A stretch of 32,000 nucleotides of DNA from Corynebacterium glutamicum ATCC 13032 (GTDB lineage Bacteria > Actinomycetota > Actinomycetes > Mycobacteriales > Mycobacteriaceae). Made by a program: the position numbers and the translations under genes. Under the pieces are notes generated by a model, which was not told the DNA's origin, did no database searches, and saw only the letters and a program-made list of their open reading frames with translations. Each line of letters opens with the position of its first letter. Positions within the stretch are counted from its first letter, which is position 1. Shown here piece after piece: positions 1 to 10,891 of this stretch. The stretch covers positions 2,520,001 through 2,552,000 of the forward strand of contig NC_003450.3 of the NCBI RefSeq assembly GCF_000011325.1, read 5' to 3'.

Positions 1-209
1 TTTGCAACGTGCCTGTGTGGGCCGATTTGGTATGGCCAACAAATCAAATCTAGCCAGTGACTCACCACACCTTTGCAATTATTAGTGACTCAGGACTCTT
101 AACTACCCCCATAACCTCATTGAACATGCAAAACTAATGCTTTTGGGGGGTATGCATAAATTCGTTTCGTTCCACTGCACAGCCCGAAAATGCTGCTAGG
201 GTCAAGTTC

Positions 210-1664
210 ATGCGTTTTGGACTTGACTTGGGAACTACCCGCACAATCGCGGCCGCCGTGGACCGCGGAAACTATCCCATCGTCACTGTGGAAGATTCTT
301 TAGGCGACACCCACGATTTCATTCCATCTGTGGTGGCCCTCAAGGCAGATAGGATTGTCGCGGGTTGGGATGCTATTGAGGTTGGGCAGGACCACCCTTC
401 CTTCGTACGTTCTTTCAAACGCCTACTCTCTGAACCCAATGTCACGGAAGCCACCCCGGTCTACTTGGGCGATCATGTACACCCTTTGGGCGCCGTCCTG
501 GAGGCTTTTGCGGAAAACGTGGTCACTGCGCTGCGTGCATTTCAGACGCAATTGGGAGATACCTCCCCGATCGAAGTAGTCATTGGTGTGCCCGCCAACT
601 CCCACAGCGCCCAGCGACTGCTCACCATGTCCGCCTTCAGCGCCACAGGCATCACCGTTGTCGGTTTGGTCAATGAGCCCAGCGCCGCAGCTTTCGAGTA
701 CACCCACCGCCACGCCCGCACCTTAAACTCCAAGCGCCAAGCCATCGTGGTTTATGATTTGGGAGGCGGAACATTCGACTCCTCGCTCATCCGCATCGAC
801 GGCACCCACCACGAGGTTGTGTCCTCCATTGGCATTTCACGCCTTGGTGGCGATGATTTCGATGAAATCCTCCTCCAATGCGCGCTCAAGGCCGCAGGCA
901 GACAGCACGATGCGTTTGGCAAGCGTGCTAAAAACACGCTTCTCGACGAATCCCGCAACGCGAAGGAAGCTCTTGTTCCGCAATCCCGTCGCTTGGTTCT
1001 AGAAATTGGCGACGACGACATCACCGTTCCAGTGAACAAGTTCTACGAGGCTGCCACTCCCCTGGTGGAAAAATCCTTGTCCATCATGGAACCCCTCATC
1101 GGCGTCGATGATCTTAAAGATTCCGACATCGCAGGCATCTACCTTGTTGGTGGAGGATCCTCGCTCCCACTCGTTTCCAGGTTGCTCCGCGAGCGTTTCG
1201 GCCGCCGTGTCCACCGCTCCCCATTCCCCTCAGGTTCCACTGCGGTGGGTCTGGCCATCGCGGCTGACCCTTCCTCTGGTTTCCACCTAAGGGACCGCGT
1301 TGCGCGAGGCATCGGTGTGTTCCGTGAGCACGATTCTGGTCGTGCCGTGAGCTTTGACCCGCTGATCGCCCCGGACACCGATTCTGCGACCGTGGCGAAA
1401 CGATGCTACAAGGCGGTGCACAACATTGGTTGGTTCAGGTTCGTGGAATACTCCACCGTGTCCGAGGATGGCAGCCCCGGAGATATTTCCCTGCTCAGTG
1501 AAATCAAGATTCCTTTTGATAGCTCCATCACCGATGTGGATGCTACCGAGATTTCACGTTTCGATGGCCCAGAAGTAGAAGAAACCATCACAGTCAATGA
1601 CAACGGCGTGGCTTCCATTTCCATCAAGATACTCGGCGGCGTTACCGTCGAGCACACAATTTAG
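210..1664 (+). CDS. Hsp70/DnaK-family actin-like ATPase, atypical and short (484 aa): nucleotide-binding domain plus a beta-sandwich-like C-terminus, with no helical lid
   Basis: Hsp70 NBD motifs appear in order: FGLDLGTTRT (phosphate-1), VIGVPANSHSAQR...GLVNEPSAAAFEY, VVYDLGGGTFDSSLI (phosphate-2), LGGDDFDE, IYLVGGGSSLP (adenosine motif). The C-terminal ~120 aa (ITVNDNGVASISIK) resembles SBD-beta only. Confidence 0.8.
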   Translation: MRFGLDLGTTRTIAAAVDRGNYPIVTVEDSLGDTHDFIPSVVALKADRIVAGWDAIEVGQDHPSFVRSFKRLLSEPNVTEATPVYLGDHVHPLGAVLEAFAENVVTALRAFQTQLGDTSPIEVVIGVPANSHSAQRLLTMSAFSATGITVVGLVNEPSAAAFEYTHRHARTLNSKRQAIVVYDLGGGTFDSSLIRIDGTHHEVVSSIGISRLGGDDFDEILLQCALKAAGRQHDAFGKRAKNTLLDESRNAKEALVPQSRRLVLEIGDDDITVPVNKFYEAATPLVEKSLSIMEPLIGVDDLKDSDIAGIYLVGGGSSLPLVSRLLRERFGRRVHRSPFPSGSTAVGLAIAADPSSGFHLRDRVARGIGVFREHDSGRAVSFDPLIAPDTDSATVAKRCYKAVHNIGWFRFVEYSTVSEDGSPGDISLLSEIKIPFDSSITDVDATEISRFDGPEVEETITVNDNGVASISIKILGGVTVEHTI

Positions 1665-2252
1665 TTACCATTTTGGTGCTGGTGGAGTCCAGGTCTGCAT
1701 TGCCTTTAGCAGGGCATGCGGGTCGGATTCCACGATGAGGCACTCAAAGAAGTCTCGCTTGATAAATCCACGCTGGGTCATCTGCTCAAGCATTTCCAGC
1801 AGGGGCTGCCAAAAACCATCGACATCATAAAGTGCGACGGGCTTTTGATGAATGCCCAGCTGTTGCCAGGTCCAGACCTCGAAAAGTTCTTCCAAGGTGC
1901 CGGCGCCACCGGGCATGGCGATAAAACCATCGCCAAGTTCTGCCATGCGACGCTTGCGGATGTGCATATCAGGAACGATTTCAAGTTCGGTGAGCTTTTC
2001 ATGCCCAAGCTCACCCTTCATAAGTGATTCCGTGATGACGCCAAAGGCTTCGCCACCTGATTCCAGGAACGCATCCGCGACGATACCCATGAGCCCCACT
2101 TTTCCGCCACCGTAAACCAAGTCGATGCCGCGGTCTACCGCGGTTTTCGCCAAGGTTTGAGCCGCTTGCGTGTACAGCGAGGAACTGCCGAGCGCCGAGC
2201 CCGTGAAAACGGTGACGCGTTGGAGGGTTGGGGCGTCGAAAAGCGAAGTCAT
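1665..2252 (-). CDS. LOG-family protein (cytokinin riboside 5'-monophosphate phosphoribohydrolase; historically annotated 'lysine decarboxylase-like')
   Basis: 195 aa with the two LOG signatures GGGKVGLMG and PGGAGTLEE(LFE). Its start lies 10 nt downstream of the mdh stop on the same strand. Confidence 0.85.
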   Translation of the reverse strand: MTSLFDAPTLQRVTVFTGSALGSSSLYTQAAQTLAKTAVDRGIDLVYGGGKVGLMGIVADAFLESGGEAFGVITESLMKGELGHEKLTELEIVPDMHIRKRRMAELGDGFIAMPGGAGTLEELFEVWTWQQLGIHQKPVALYDVDGFWQPLLEMLEQMTQRGFIKRDFFECLIVESDPHALLKAMQTWTPPAPKW

Positions 2253-2262
2253 GCGTTAAAGA

Positions 2263-3396
<1,134 letters not shown>

Positions 3397-3561
3397 TTAG
3401 GGCATCATGGGGAATCGGCGCGGTGTGCAAGCAATTTTTCCTGATATCGGGCACCATTTATAGTTGTCAGCTGGGATTTGCCGATGGTGTTATCTTTGAT
3501 ATTTACCTTAACCCCGTTTCTAATTCACGTTTTCTCGTTACCCGAAAGGAATTGATCGATT

Positions 3562-4341
3562 ATGGCGACATCACGTCGAGATGCCGAAAACATAGACCAG
3601 GCCGGTAGCGAATTCATTGAATCTGATTCAGGACACACCGCAACCCCTGAAGAGGTAGTAGCCACCGCTCTGACATTTTTTGCAGAGGATGGTTTTAGCG
3701 AAACCAAATTGGAGAAAATCGCGAAGGCATCTGGCATGTCCAAGCGCATGATCCACTATCACTTTGGCGATAAGAAAGGCCTGTACATCAAGGCTGTTTC
3801 CTACGCGTTGCGATTGCTGCGCCCAGAGGCTGAAGCGATGCAACTTGATTCCGCGGTACCAGTTGATGGTGTCCGCAAAATCGTCGAGGCTTTATATACC
3901 TGCATCACCAAGCACCCAGAAGCAGTGCGCCTGCTATTGATGGAAAACCTGCATAGCCAAGACAGCGTGGATTCCACCGCGGCATATTCCGATGAATCCA
4001 ATGTGCTGCTCAACCTGGATAAGCTGCTCATGCTTGGCCAGGATGCCGGCGCCTTCCGTCCTGGAATCTCCGCAGAAGACGTACTGGTTCTTATTAGCTC
4101 CCTGGCCTACTTCCGCGTATCCAACAAGGTCACGTTGAAGAACCTCTACTCCCTTGATTTGGAATCAGAGGCCAATATTGAAGGCATGAAGCGCATCGTC
4201 GTTGACACGGTGCTGGCATTCTTGACCTCAAATATTCAAAATTCTGGCAACTCCAGCTACCTGGTTGTTGGTGGCAAGACTGCAGAACCAGAAACTGATG
4301 ACAGCGTCTACAGCTTTGATACGGACGTGTTCGAAAACTAA
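3562..4341 (+). CDS. TetR/AcrR-family transcriptional regulator with extended N- and C-termini (259 aa)
   Basis: TetR HTH region FAEDGFSETKLEKIAKASGMSKRMIHYHFGDKKGLY. AAAGGA RBS about 12 nt upstream of the ATG. Confidence 0.85.
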   Translation: MATSRRDAENIDQAGSEFIESDSGHTATPEEVVATALTFFAEDGFSETKLEKIAKASGMSKRMIHYHFGDKKGLYIKAVSYALRLLRPEAEAMQLDSAVPVDGVRKIVEALYTCITKHPEAVRLLLMENLHSQDSVDSTAAYSDESNVLLNLDKLLMLGQDAGAFRPGISAEDVLVLISSLAYFRVSNKVTLKNLYSLDLESEANIEGMKRIVVDTVLAFLTSNIQNSGNSSYLVVGGKTAEPETDDSVYSFDTDVFEN

Positions 4342-4916
4342 AGGGTATCGAGTAGTTTCAAGCCCTTTTCCGCCCATTCAATCTCTGCCTGAGCGCGTGC
4401 AATCTGCCCCTCATAGGCAAGCACTTTAAACGCGACTATTCGCTCGTGCTCCTTTTTCGGGGAGCGCTCAAGTCGCCGTGCCAAGGTTGGATGAGTTTTT
4501 GCTTTCAGCTCATCAATCATTGATTCTGATTGAATTTTCTGCTGTTCAAAATGAGCGATGTGCGCCCTTAAATGTCGGCGTGCATCGCCATTTGTACCGA
4601 CCTCAAAATAGGCGGCTTTAAGCCTGGCAGGATCTCTGGTGGGACCGTAGGTTACTGGCTCGTACCACGCTTTTCTTAGCGCTTCCCAGCCTTTTTCACT
4701 CAAGGCGTATTCGGTTTTGGTGGCGCCTTTGGAGCCCCAGGGAACATCGGATCCCACGAGGAGTTCTTCGGCTTCCATTTTTCGAAGTTCGGGATAAATC
4801 TGCGAATCGGAACCACTCCACACAAAGCCCACCGAGGCCCCAAATCGCTGGGAGGCGTCATACCCAGTCAATGGTCCGGAACTTAGTAGCGCAAGTAATG
4901 CAGATCGTAGAGTCAC
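4338..4916 (-). CDS. vanR: PadR-family transcriptional repressor of the vanillate operon
   Basis: PadR winged-helix pattern (LLALLSSGPLTGYD...SQIYPELRKMEAEELL). It is divergent from vanABK and matches the C. glutamicum VanR arrangement as I recall it. Confidence 0.85.
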   Translation of the reverse strand: MTLRSALLALLSSGPLTGYDASQRFGASVGFVWSGSDSQIYPELRKMEAEELLVGSDVPWGSKGATKTEYALSEKGWEALRKAWYEPVTYGPTRDPARLKAAYFEVGTNGDARRHLRAHIAHFEQQKIQSESMIDELKAKTHPTLARRLERSPKKEHERIVAFKVLAYEGQIARAQAEIEWAEKGLKLLDTL

Positions 4917-5048
4917 GTGCTCATTGTCCCATATCTACCCCCGCTCCCGAGAATGAATACCCGCAGCTCAGAGACCCCAGCTGACATTAACTCACATTTA
5001 CCCCTTGACAGTGATTTGAAGCACAAGCAATATATGACCTACGCCATA

Positions 5049-5072
5049 AACTAACTAAGAGTTTAGGTATTT
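5049..5072 (+). promoter_or_regulatory. Candidate VanR operator AACTAACTAA-N4-TTAGGTATTT in the vanR/vanA intergenic region
   Basis: The sequence AACTAACTAAGAGTTTAGGTATTT lies 28 nt upstream of the vanA ATG. It matches the VanR binding motif I recall from the C. glutamicum vanABK literature, which I could not verify here. TAGGAG RBS at 5088-5093. Confidence 0.55.
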
Positions 5073-5099
5073 GGTTATATAGTTCTTTAGGAGTTCACC

Positions 5100-6230
5100 A
5101 TGACACTGTCCGAACGCAAGCTCACCACCACCGCCAAGATTCTTCCCCACCCACTCAACGCCTGGTACGTCGCCGCTTGGGATTATGAAGTCACATCTAA
5201 AAAGCCCATGGCCAGGACAATCGCCAACAAACCACTCGCTTTGTACCGCACCAAAGATGGCCGAGCCGTTGCCCTTGCAGACGCCTGCTGGCACCGCCTC
5301 GCACCGCTATCCAAGGGAAAACTCGTGGGCACAGACGGAATCCAATGCCCTTATCACGGCTTGGAGTACAACTCCGCGGGCCGCTGCATGAAAATGCCCG
5401 CGCAGGAAACCCTCAACCCGTCAGCAGCCGTCAACTCCTACCCCGTGGTGGAAGCCCACCGCTTTGTGTGGGTGTGGCTGGGCGATCCCACATTGGCAGA
5501 TCCCACCCAAGTACCCGATATGCACCAGATGAGCCACCCCGAATGGGCAGGCGATGGACGCACCATCTCCGCTGACTGCAACTACCAATTAGTGCTGGAC
5601 AACTTGATGGACCTCACCCACGAAGAGTTCGTGCACTCCTCCAGCATCGGACAAGACGAACTTAGTGAATCAGAGTTCGTGGTCACCCACACTGAAGATT
5701 CCGTGACGGTCACCCGCTGGATGCATGACATAGATGCACCACCGTTTTGGCAAAAGAACATGAATGATAAGTTCCCAGGATTTGAAGGCAAGGTGGATCG
5801 TTGGCAGATCATCCACTACTACTACCCTTCCACCATCTGCATTGATGTTGGTGTAGCAAAGGCTGGAACTGGCGCGCAGGAAGGCGACCGCAGCCAGGGC
5901 GTTAATGGGTATGTCATGAACACCATTACCCCAGATTCAGATCGTTCCTCTCATTACTTCTGGGCATTCATGCGCAACTACCGCCTGGAAAGCCAAACCA
6001 TCACCACCCAGCTGCGCGACGGTGTATCCGGTGTATTCAAAGAAGACGAAGACATGCTGACCGCTCAGCAAGATGCCATCGACGCCAACACCGACTACGA
6101 GTTTTACAGCCTCAACATTGATGCCGGTGGCATGTGGGTGCGCCGAATCCTCGAGGAAGCACTCTCCAAGGAAGGCCGACTGGATATCCCCACCACATTC
6201 CCCCGCGCAACACCGAAGCCGGAGGCATAA
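5100..6230 (+). CDS. vanA: Vanillate O-demethylase, Rieske oxygenase subunit
   Basis: Rieske motif CWHRLAPLS...CPYHGLEY. 376 aa, followed by the vanB reductase gene. Confidence 0.95.
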   Translation: MTLSERKLTTTAKILPHPLNAWYVAAWDYEVTSKKPMARTIANKPLALYRTKDGRAVALADACWHRLAPLSKGKLVGTDGIQCPYHGLEYNSAGRCMKMPAQETLNPSAAVNSYPVVEAHRFVWVWLGDPTLADPTQVPDMHQMSHPEWAGDGRTISADCNYQLVLDNLMDLTHEEFVHSSSIGQDELSESEFVVTHTEDSVTVTRWMHDIDAPPFWQKNMNDKFPGFEGKVDRWQIIHYYYPSTICIDVGVAKAGTGAQEGDRSQGVNGYVMNTITPDSDRSSHYFWAFMRNYRLESQTITTQLRDGVSGVFKEDEDMLTAQQDAIDANTDYEFYSLNIDAGGMWVRRILEEALSKEGRLDIPTTFPRATPKPEA

Positions 6231-6233
6231 ACC

Positions 6234-7211
6234 ATGAACTCGCAATGGCAAGATGCACATGTTGTTTCCAGCGAAATCATCGCTGCAGACATTCGGCGAA
6301 TAGAACTATCCCCGAAATTTGCGATTCCAGTAAAACCCGGCGAACATCTCAAGATCATGGTGCCCCTAAAAACTGGACAGGAAAAGAGATCGTACTCCAT
6401 CGTTGACGCTCGTCACGACGGTTCGACTCTCGCCCTGAGCGTACTCAAAACCAGAAACTCCCGTGGAGGATCTGAGTTCATGCATACGCTTCGAGCTGGA
6501 GACACAGTTACTGTCTCCAGGCCGTCTCAGGATTTTCCTCTCCGCGTGGGTGCGCCTGAGTATGTACTTGTTGCCGGCGGAATTGGAATCACAGCGATCC
6601 GTTCAATGGCATCTTTATTAAAGAAATTGGGAGCGAACTACCGCATCCATTTCGCAGCACGCAGCCTTGATGCCATGGCTTACAAAGATGAGCTCGTGGC
6701 AGAACACGGCGACAAGCTGCACCTGCATCTAGATTCTGAAGGCACCACCATCGATGTCCCAGCATTGATCGAAACCTTAAACCCCCACACTGAGCTTTAT
6801 ATGTGCGGCCCCATCCGCTTGATGGATGCCATCCGGCGCGCATGGAACACCCGCGGACTTGACCCCACCAATCTGCGTTTCGAAACGTTTGGAAACAGTG
6901 GATGGTTCTCCCCAGAGGTTTTCCACATCCAAGTACCAGAGCTGGGGCTTCACGCCACAGTCAACAAGGATGAAAGCATGCTGGAGGCTTTGCAAAAGGC
7001 TGGGGCGAATATGATGTTTGATTGTCGAAAAGGCGAATGTGGTTTGTGCCAGGTTCGCGTTCTAGAAGTCGATGGCCAGGTTGATCACCGCGATGTGTTC
7101 TTCTCTGATCGTCAAAAAGAATCCGACGCAAAGGCATGCGCCTGCGTGTCTCGAGTAGTCTCCTCCCCTTCCTCGTCCCCAACCTCGACCATTACGGTCG
7201 CCCTCTCCTAA
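6234..7211 (+). CDS. vanB: Vanillate O-demethylase, flavin/NAD(P)H oxidoreductase subunit with a C-terminal 2Fe-2S ferredoxin
   Basis: RSYSIV flavin-binding motif, GGIGITA nucleotide-binding motif and C-terminal CRKGECGLCQV cluster. GGAGG RBS inside the vanA 3' end. Confidence 0.95.
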   Translation: MNSQWQDAHVVSSEIIAADIRRIELSPKFAIPVKPGEHLKIMVPLKTGQEKRSYSIVDARHDGSTLALSVLKTRNSRGGSEFMHTLRAGDTVTVSRPSQDFPLRVGAPEYVLVAGGIGITAIRSMASLLKKLGANYRIHFAARSLDAMAYKDELVAEHGDKLHLHLDSEGTTIDVPALIETLNPHTELYMCGPIRLMDAIRRAWNTRGLDPTNLRFETFGNSGWFSPEVFHIQVPELGLHATVNKDESMLEALQKAGANMMFDCRKGECGLCQVRVLEVDGQVDHRDVFFSDRQKESDAKACACVSRVVSSPSSSPTSTITVALS

Positions 7212-7222
7212 AGGAGCCTGGC

Positions 7223-8563
7223 ATGGATATCCGCCAAACAATTAACGACACAGCAATGTCGAGATATCAGTGGTTCATTGTATTTATCGCAGTGCTGCTC
7301 AACGCACTGGACGGCTTTGATGTCCTCGCCATGTCTTTTACTGCGAATGCAGTGACCGAAGAATTTGGACTGAGTGGCAGCCAGCTTGGTGTGCTGCTGA
7401 GTTCCGCGCTGTTCGGCATGACCGCTGGATCTTTGCTGTTCGGTCCGATCGGTGACCGTTTCGGCCGTAAGAATGCCCTGATGATCGCGCTGCTGTTCAA
7501 CGTGGTGGGATTGGTATTGTCCGCCACCGCGCAGTCCGCAGGCCAGTTGGGCGTGTGGCGTTTGATCACTGGTATCGGCATCGGCGGAATCCTCGCCTGC
7601 ATCACAGTGGTGATCAGTGAGTTCTCCAACAACAAAAACCGCGGCATGGCCATGTCCATCTACGCTGCTGGTTACGGCATCGGCGCGTCCTTGGGCGGTT
7701 TCGGCGCAGCGCAGCTCATCCCAACATTTGGATGGCGCTCCGTGTTCGCAGCCGGTGCGATCGCAACTGGTATCGCCACCATCGCTACTTTCTTCTTCCT
7801 GCCAGAATCCGTTGATTGGCTGAGCACTCGCCGCCCTGCGGGCGCTCGCGACAAGATCAATTACATTGCGCGCCGCCTGGGCAAAGTCGGTACCTTTGAG
7901 CTTCCAGGCGAACAAAGCTTGTCGACGAAAAAAGCCGGTCTCCAATCGTATGCAGTGCTCGTTAACAAAGAGAACCGTGGAACCAGCATCAAGCTGTGGG
8001 TTGCGTTCGGCATCGTGATGTTCGGCTTCTACTTCGCCAACACTTGGACCCCGAAGCTGCTCGTGGAAACCGGAATGTCAGAACAGCAGGGCATCATCGG
8101 TGGTTTGATGTTGTCCATGGGTGGAGCATTCGGCTCCCTGCTCTACGGTTTCCTCACCACCAAGTTCAGCTCCCGAAACACACTGATGACCTTCATGGTG
8201 CTGTCCGGCCTGACGCTGATCCTGTTCATTTCCTCCACCTCTGTTCCATCCATCGCGTTTGCCAGCGGCGTTGTCGTGGGCATGCTGATCAATGGTTGTG
8301 TGGCTGGTCTGTACACCCTGTCCCCACAGCTGTACTCCGCTGAAGTACGCACCACTGGTGTGGGCGCTGCGATTGGTATGGGTCGTGTCGGTGCGATTTC
8401 CGCGCCACTGCTGGTGGGTGGCCTGCTGGATTCTGGCTGGTCCCCAACGCAGCTGTATGTTGGTGTGGCAGTGATTGTTATTGCCGGTGCAACCGCATTG
8501 ATTGGGATGCGCACTCAGGCGGTAGCCGTCGAAAAGCAGCCTGAAGCCCTAGCGACCAAATAG
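7223..8563 (+). CDS. vanK: MFS transporter for aromatic acids (vanillate/protocatechuate-type)
   Basis: Multi-TM hydrophobic profile and MFS motif A GPIGDRFGRKNAL. ATG at 7223 is preceded by AAGGAG (7211-7216). The ORF-track start at 7136 overlaps vanB and is rejected. Confidence 0.9.
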   Translation: MDIRQTINDTAMSRYQWFIVFIAVLLNALDGFDVLAMSFTANAVTEEFGLSGSQLGVLLSSALFGMTAGSLLFGPIGDRFGRKNALMIALLFNVVGLVLSATAQSAGQLGVWRLITGIGIGGILACITVVISEFSNNKNRGMAMSIYAAGYGIGASLGGFGAAQLIPTFGWRSVFAAGAIATGIATIATFFFLPESVDWLSTRRPAGARDKINYIARRLGKVGTFELPGEQSLSTKKAGLQSYAVLVNKENRGTSIKLWVAFGIVMFGFYFANTWTPKLLVETGMSEQQGIIGGLMLSMGGAFGSLLYGFLTTKFSSRNTLMTFMVLSGLTLILFISSTSVPSIAFASGVVVGMLINGCVAGLYTLSPQLYSAEVRTTGVGAAIGMGRVGAISAPLLVGGLLDSGWSPTQLYVGVAVIVIAGATALIGMRTQAVAVEKQPEALATK

Positions 8564-9481
8564 GGCCGCGATTCCTAGCATGCCCAGCAGCGCTAGGAAC
8601 GTGGTGAGGAAGACCGTATCGCGGGCGACGATCTCGCCCTTGCGGTACGTCGCCGCGTAGTTGTACACATTCTGCGCGGCGGGCAGCGCCGCCAAAATAA
8701 CAGCGGCGTAGAGGTAATCGCCCTCCAGACCAAACGCCTTGGCGATCAGCCAAGTGATGGCGGGCATACCCACAATTTTTATCGCAGTAGCAGTAAGAAC
8801 GCTGGGGCGATCCGCCTTGGAAGCCAGCACGTTGGTTGAGGGCAATGATGCGCCGAAGCTCATCAGAATCAACGGAATGGATGCGCCGCCCAAAATGATG
8901 GTGGGTTCCATGACTGCGGCTGGCAGCTGAATTTCTAACAGACACACGATCAGGCCCGCGATAGAGGCCAACACAATTGGGCTGAGCAGTGAACCTTTCA
9001 CCGCAGCCCATATTTTTTGCCCGCGCGAGCCTTTCACATCACCAGAGGTCAGCGCGGCCAGGATCATGGGCGCGAAAATCACCATCTGCATGACCAGAAT
9101 CGGTGCCACATATGCGCCTGTTCCCAGCACATAAATAGACACCGGCAGGCCAATGTTGTTGGAGTTCACGTAGGCAGAAGCCGCAGCTCCTGTCGCCGTA
9201 GTGGCGATATCCTTCTTAAAGAAAATCGCCGAAATCACGCAGTACACAGCTGCTGTGACGATCGTGGCCACAAATGTCACCACAATGACCGGTGAGATCA
9301 ACGCGCTGGGATCTGATCGGGCAACGACATTGAAAAGCAGCGCTGGAGTTGCCGCATAAAAAGCAATGCGGTTTAACACCAAGCGCTGTTTGTCATCATT
9401 GATGACCCCCAGCTTTGCCAGAAGAAATCCAACGCCGATAACCGACAGGATGATGGCAAAGCCGGTGATAACTCCTGCCAA
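8549..9481 (-). CDS. Auxin-efflux-carrier (AEC) family membrane permease
   Basis: 310 aa, about 10 predicted TM segments, with the typical AEC two-half organisation and N-terminus (ILSVIGVGFLLAKLGV). The TTG start directly abuts the clpX stop. The start call is less certain than the stop. Confidence 0.75.
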   Translation of the reverse strand: MAGVITGFAIILSVIGVGFLLAKLGVINDDKQRLVLNRIAFYAATPALLFNVVARSDPSALISPVIVVTFVATIVTAAVYCVISAIFFKKDIATTATGAAASAYVNSNNIGLPVSIYVLGTGAYVAPILVMQMVIFAPMILAALTSGDVKGSRGQKIWAAVKGSLLSPIVLASIAGLIVCLLEIQLPAAVMEPTIILGGASIPLILMSFGASLPSTNVLASKADRPSVLTATAIKIVGMPAITWLIAKAFGLEGDYLYAAVILAALPAAQNVYNYAATYRKGEIVARDTVFLTTFLALLGMLGIAALFGR

Positions 9482-10762
9482 CTACGCGGTCTTTTCTTCT
9501 GCGACAGCTTCCAACATCTCTGGTTCGGCTTCGCCACGGGCAACGGCACCGTTGATGATGACTTCGCCAACGTCTTTACGGTCTGGGAGGTCATACATGA
9601 TCGGAACCAGGATCTCTTCCATGATCGCGCGCAGGCCACGGGCGCCAGTTTTGCGCTCGAGTGCCTGATTAGCGATCTCCTCCAAAGCATCATCAGTAAA
9701 GGTCAACACAGCGTCATCCATTTCAAACAGACGTCGATACTGCTTCACCAATGAGTTACGAGGCTCCGTGAGAACCTTGACCAGAGATTTCTGATCCAGG
9801 TTGGATACGGTGGCAACGACTGGCAGACGCCCAATGAATTCTGGGATGAGACCAAACTTCACCAGGTCCTCAGGGAGGACATCCTTGAAGATATCCACAA
9901 TGTTGGCTTCTTCCTTCTTGGAAGAGACCTCCACACCGAAGCCCAAGCCTTTCTTGCCATTGCGGTCCGCGATGACCTTCTCCAGACCAGAGAACGCACC
10001 AGCAACGATGAACAAAATGTTGGTGGTATCCAGCTGGATGAAATCCTGGTTGGGGTGCTTGCGTCCTCCCTGCGGTGGGATTGCGGCGACAGTGCCTTCC
10101 AAAATTTTCAGCAGTGCCTGCTGCACGCCTTCACCGGAAACATCGCGAGTGATCGATGGGTTTTCAGACTTGCGGGAAATCTTGTCCACTTCATCGATGT
10201 AAATGATGCCGCGCTGTGCACGTTCCACATCAAAATCAGCAGCCTGAAGCAGCTTGAGCAAGATGTTTTCCACATCCTCGCCCACATAACCAGCCTCGGT
10301 CAGTGAGGTGGCATCCGCGATAGCAAAAGGAACATCCAGCAGCTTTGCCAAAGTCTGGGCAAGGAAAGTCTTGCCGGAGCCAGTGGGGCCGAGCATCAAA
10401 ATATTGGACTTAACCAGTTCGGTTTCAGGCTCGTCATTCCTGCGACGACCGATGGTTTCCGATGCGCGGAGACGCTTGTAATGGTTGTACACCGCAACCG
10501 ACAGGATACGTTTTGCTGGGTCCTGCCCGATGACATAAGTATCAAGGAAGGCTGAAATCTCCGACGGCTTGGGGAGCTCGTTGCGCTCCTGCTCGTCGTG
10601 TTGAGCTTGACCGAGTTCTTCTTCAATAATCTCGTTGCACAGCTCAATGCACTCATCACAGATATATACGGCGCCACCCGCGATGAGTTTTTTTACCTGC
10701 TTTTGGCTCTTTCCGCAGAAGGAACATTTGAGCAGATCGGCGCTTTCCTGCATACGTGCCAT
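9482..10762 (-). CDS. clpX: ATP-dependent Clp protease ATP-binding subunit ClpX
   Basis: N-terminal zinc finger CSFCGKS...CDECIELC, Walker A GPTGSGKT and Walker [13 protein letters not shown] at 10762 ([12 protein letters not shown]) gives 426 aa. The TTG at 10810 is an ORF-track extension. Confidence 0.95.
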   Translation of the reverse strand: MARMQESADLLKCSFCGKSQKQVKKLIAGGAVYICDECIELCNEIIEEELGQAQHDEQERNELPKPSEISAFLDTYVIGQDPAKRILSVAVYNHYKRLRASETIGRRRNDEPETELVKSNILMLGPTGSGKTFLAQTLAKLLDVPFAIADATSLTEAGYVGEDVENILLKLLQAADFDVERAQRGIIYIDEVDKISRKSENPSITRDVSGEGVQQALLKILEGTVAAIPPQGGRKHPNQDFIQLDTTNILFIVAGAFSGLEKVIADRNGKKGLGFGVEVSSKKEEANIVDIFKDVLPEDLVKFGLIPEFIGRLPVVATVSNLDQKSLVKVLTEPRNSLVKQYRRLFEMDDAVLTFTDDALEEIANQALERKTGARGLRAIMEEILVPIMYDLPDRKDVGEVIINGAVARGEAEPEMLEAVAEEKTA

Positions 10763-10891
10763 TAGACTGTGAGACCCGCTTCCACGATTGAAAAGATTTA
10801 CTGCGTACAACTCTAACCAACAATATTGGCAATGGGTTGTTCCATCTTAGCGCTTTACCTGTGAACTCTGCAGAGCGGTACGCTTAAGCTA

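Noticed and set aside
8572-8599. Hairpin TTCCTAGC-N12-GCTAGGAA just after the vanK stop, considered as a vanABK terminator
   Set aside because: It has a 12-nt loop, no following T-tract, and lies inside the AEC permease coding sequence. That is insufficient for a terminator call.
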